This document shows, in pieces, positions 62,886 through 64,000 of a DNA stretch of 64,000 bases. Source of the DNA: Tubiluchus corallicola (taxonomy: Eukaryota; Animalia; Priapulida). The notes beneath the pieces are model-generated. The model did no database searches, was not told the origin of the DNA, and was given only the letters and a program-made list of their open reading frames with translations. Location: positions 128,255 to 192,254 of the forward strand of contig JAQGDQ010000449.1 in NCBI GenBank assembly GCA_030141605.1, in the 5' to 3' direction. The translations under genes were made by a program, and so were the position numbers. How positions within the stretch are numbered: position 1 is the stretch's first letter; every line of letters starts with the position of its first letter.

Positions 62886-63609
62886 TGGGTTTCTCACTTA
62901 ACAACTTTAAGATTAAATTTAGGCGTCTCGCCAAATTTAATCAATTTACAAATACCTTCATATTAGTTAATGTATAACTAAATGATTACACTTAAATTGT
63001 TACAACTCACAATTAAATAAACGTAGATTAAACAGAAAATGTGAGGGGATGGGGTATTTGCATGGTGCTTGGGCTGCCCAGGTACCGCACTTGTCCTGTG
63101 CTAATTTAGTGCGGTATGTGGGCCAGTGTAGTGTAGTCTGCTGTTTTATCCAACTTGTGTCTTAAATTCTATAATCTGTCTGATTTTTAGTGAAAACTGA
63201 TGCAAAAGACTTCTTAAGTTAGTGGCAACAACGGGAAATTCGGAAATACTAGTAATTAACTAAACCTGTTTTGCCGTGACACATTCTACATTGGAGGTGT
63301 TAATATTTCGTCACCTGGTACTTCTATATCATATGCATCGTTCGTATTTATAGACATACAAACTCTGATTACATGAATACTTATGGTGTGTCTGAGGAGA
63401 ATGTTTTAGATTGTGTTAGAATCTGTTATGCGGTGATACCTAATTGTCTCCTGATTCTAACAATGCTATAGTATCTGCTGTCATTTCCTTTATTATACAA
63501 AGTGGGCACCTTCATCTATAAAACTAAAACTATAATCTTTTAAAATCTCTGAATTATACCTTACAGGACCATTTATTTATACTCTTGTGTTTCTTGGACC
63601 ACAACACTT

Positions 63610-63704
63610 TCATCTTTCATTAGCTTCATTATCACTCATTCTATTTTGTAGCTTAACATCAGCATCAAACACATAACCAACTTGTCCCACCCTTTCGCAC
63701 ACCA
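63610..63704 (-). CDS. Possible terminal coding exon of a gene extending beyond the window
   Basis: Acceptor cttgttttttgaatag, then an open phase-1 frame VCERVGQVGYVFDADVKLQNRMSDNEANER*, then AATAAA at ~63572-63577. No family recognised. Confidence 0.3.
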
Positions 63705-64000
63705 CTATTCAAAAAACAAGTTACAAACCTTCTCAATTTTGCTCTTACTTAATACATAACTAACTGCTCTTATAGTTGTGTGCCCAACTTATAAATAACG
63801 TTTCTACTCAGTGAAAGACTTTATAGTTTGTTTAAAAGTAACTTAACGTTTAAAAATAACTCAAACCTAGTTGTAAAATCGCCTTTGTTCAAAGGTAACT
63901 TAACGTTTAAAAAATTCATTTTAAGTTAAATCTTTCTTCAGAGTTTGGCTATTTATCAATGTATTGCCTCTGAACTTATTAATACTTTATTACATGCTAG

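Overview
AT-rich, intron-rich eukaryotic DNA, most likely from an invertebrate animal. Four protein-coding genes could be spliced together by hand in one continuous frame each. (1) A striated/sarcomeric-type myosin II heavy chain (minus strand, 3089-14858, 16 coding exons, ~1959 aa). (2) A mitochondrial carbamoyl-phosphate synthetase of the CPS1/CPS III type that keeps the glutaminase Cys (minus, 22370-48449, 34 coding exons, ~1511 aa). (3) A stand-alone SRA/YDG (UHRF1-like) protein lying head-to-head with CPS (plus, 49397-57236, 7 exons, ~329 aa). (4) An intronless 2-hydroxyacyl-CoA lyase HACL1 (minus, 59308-61017). Introns and intergenic DNA hold decayed LINE reverse-transcriptase fragments, several MITEs and microsatellites. 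The most unusual structure is an 8-unit array of two conserved boxes with variable, hairpin-forming spacers (12250-12925). It starts just behind a weak splice donor in the myosin loop-1 intron and resembles repeated RBFOX plus RBM24/SUP-12 composite sites. Second is the SRA protein, whose N-terminus resembles the Cmr1/WDR76/CDCA7 helix plus RRSxRL module. All exon coordinates are manual readings and are not supported by transcript data.
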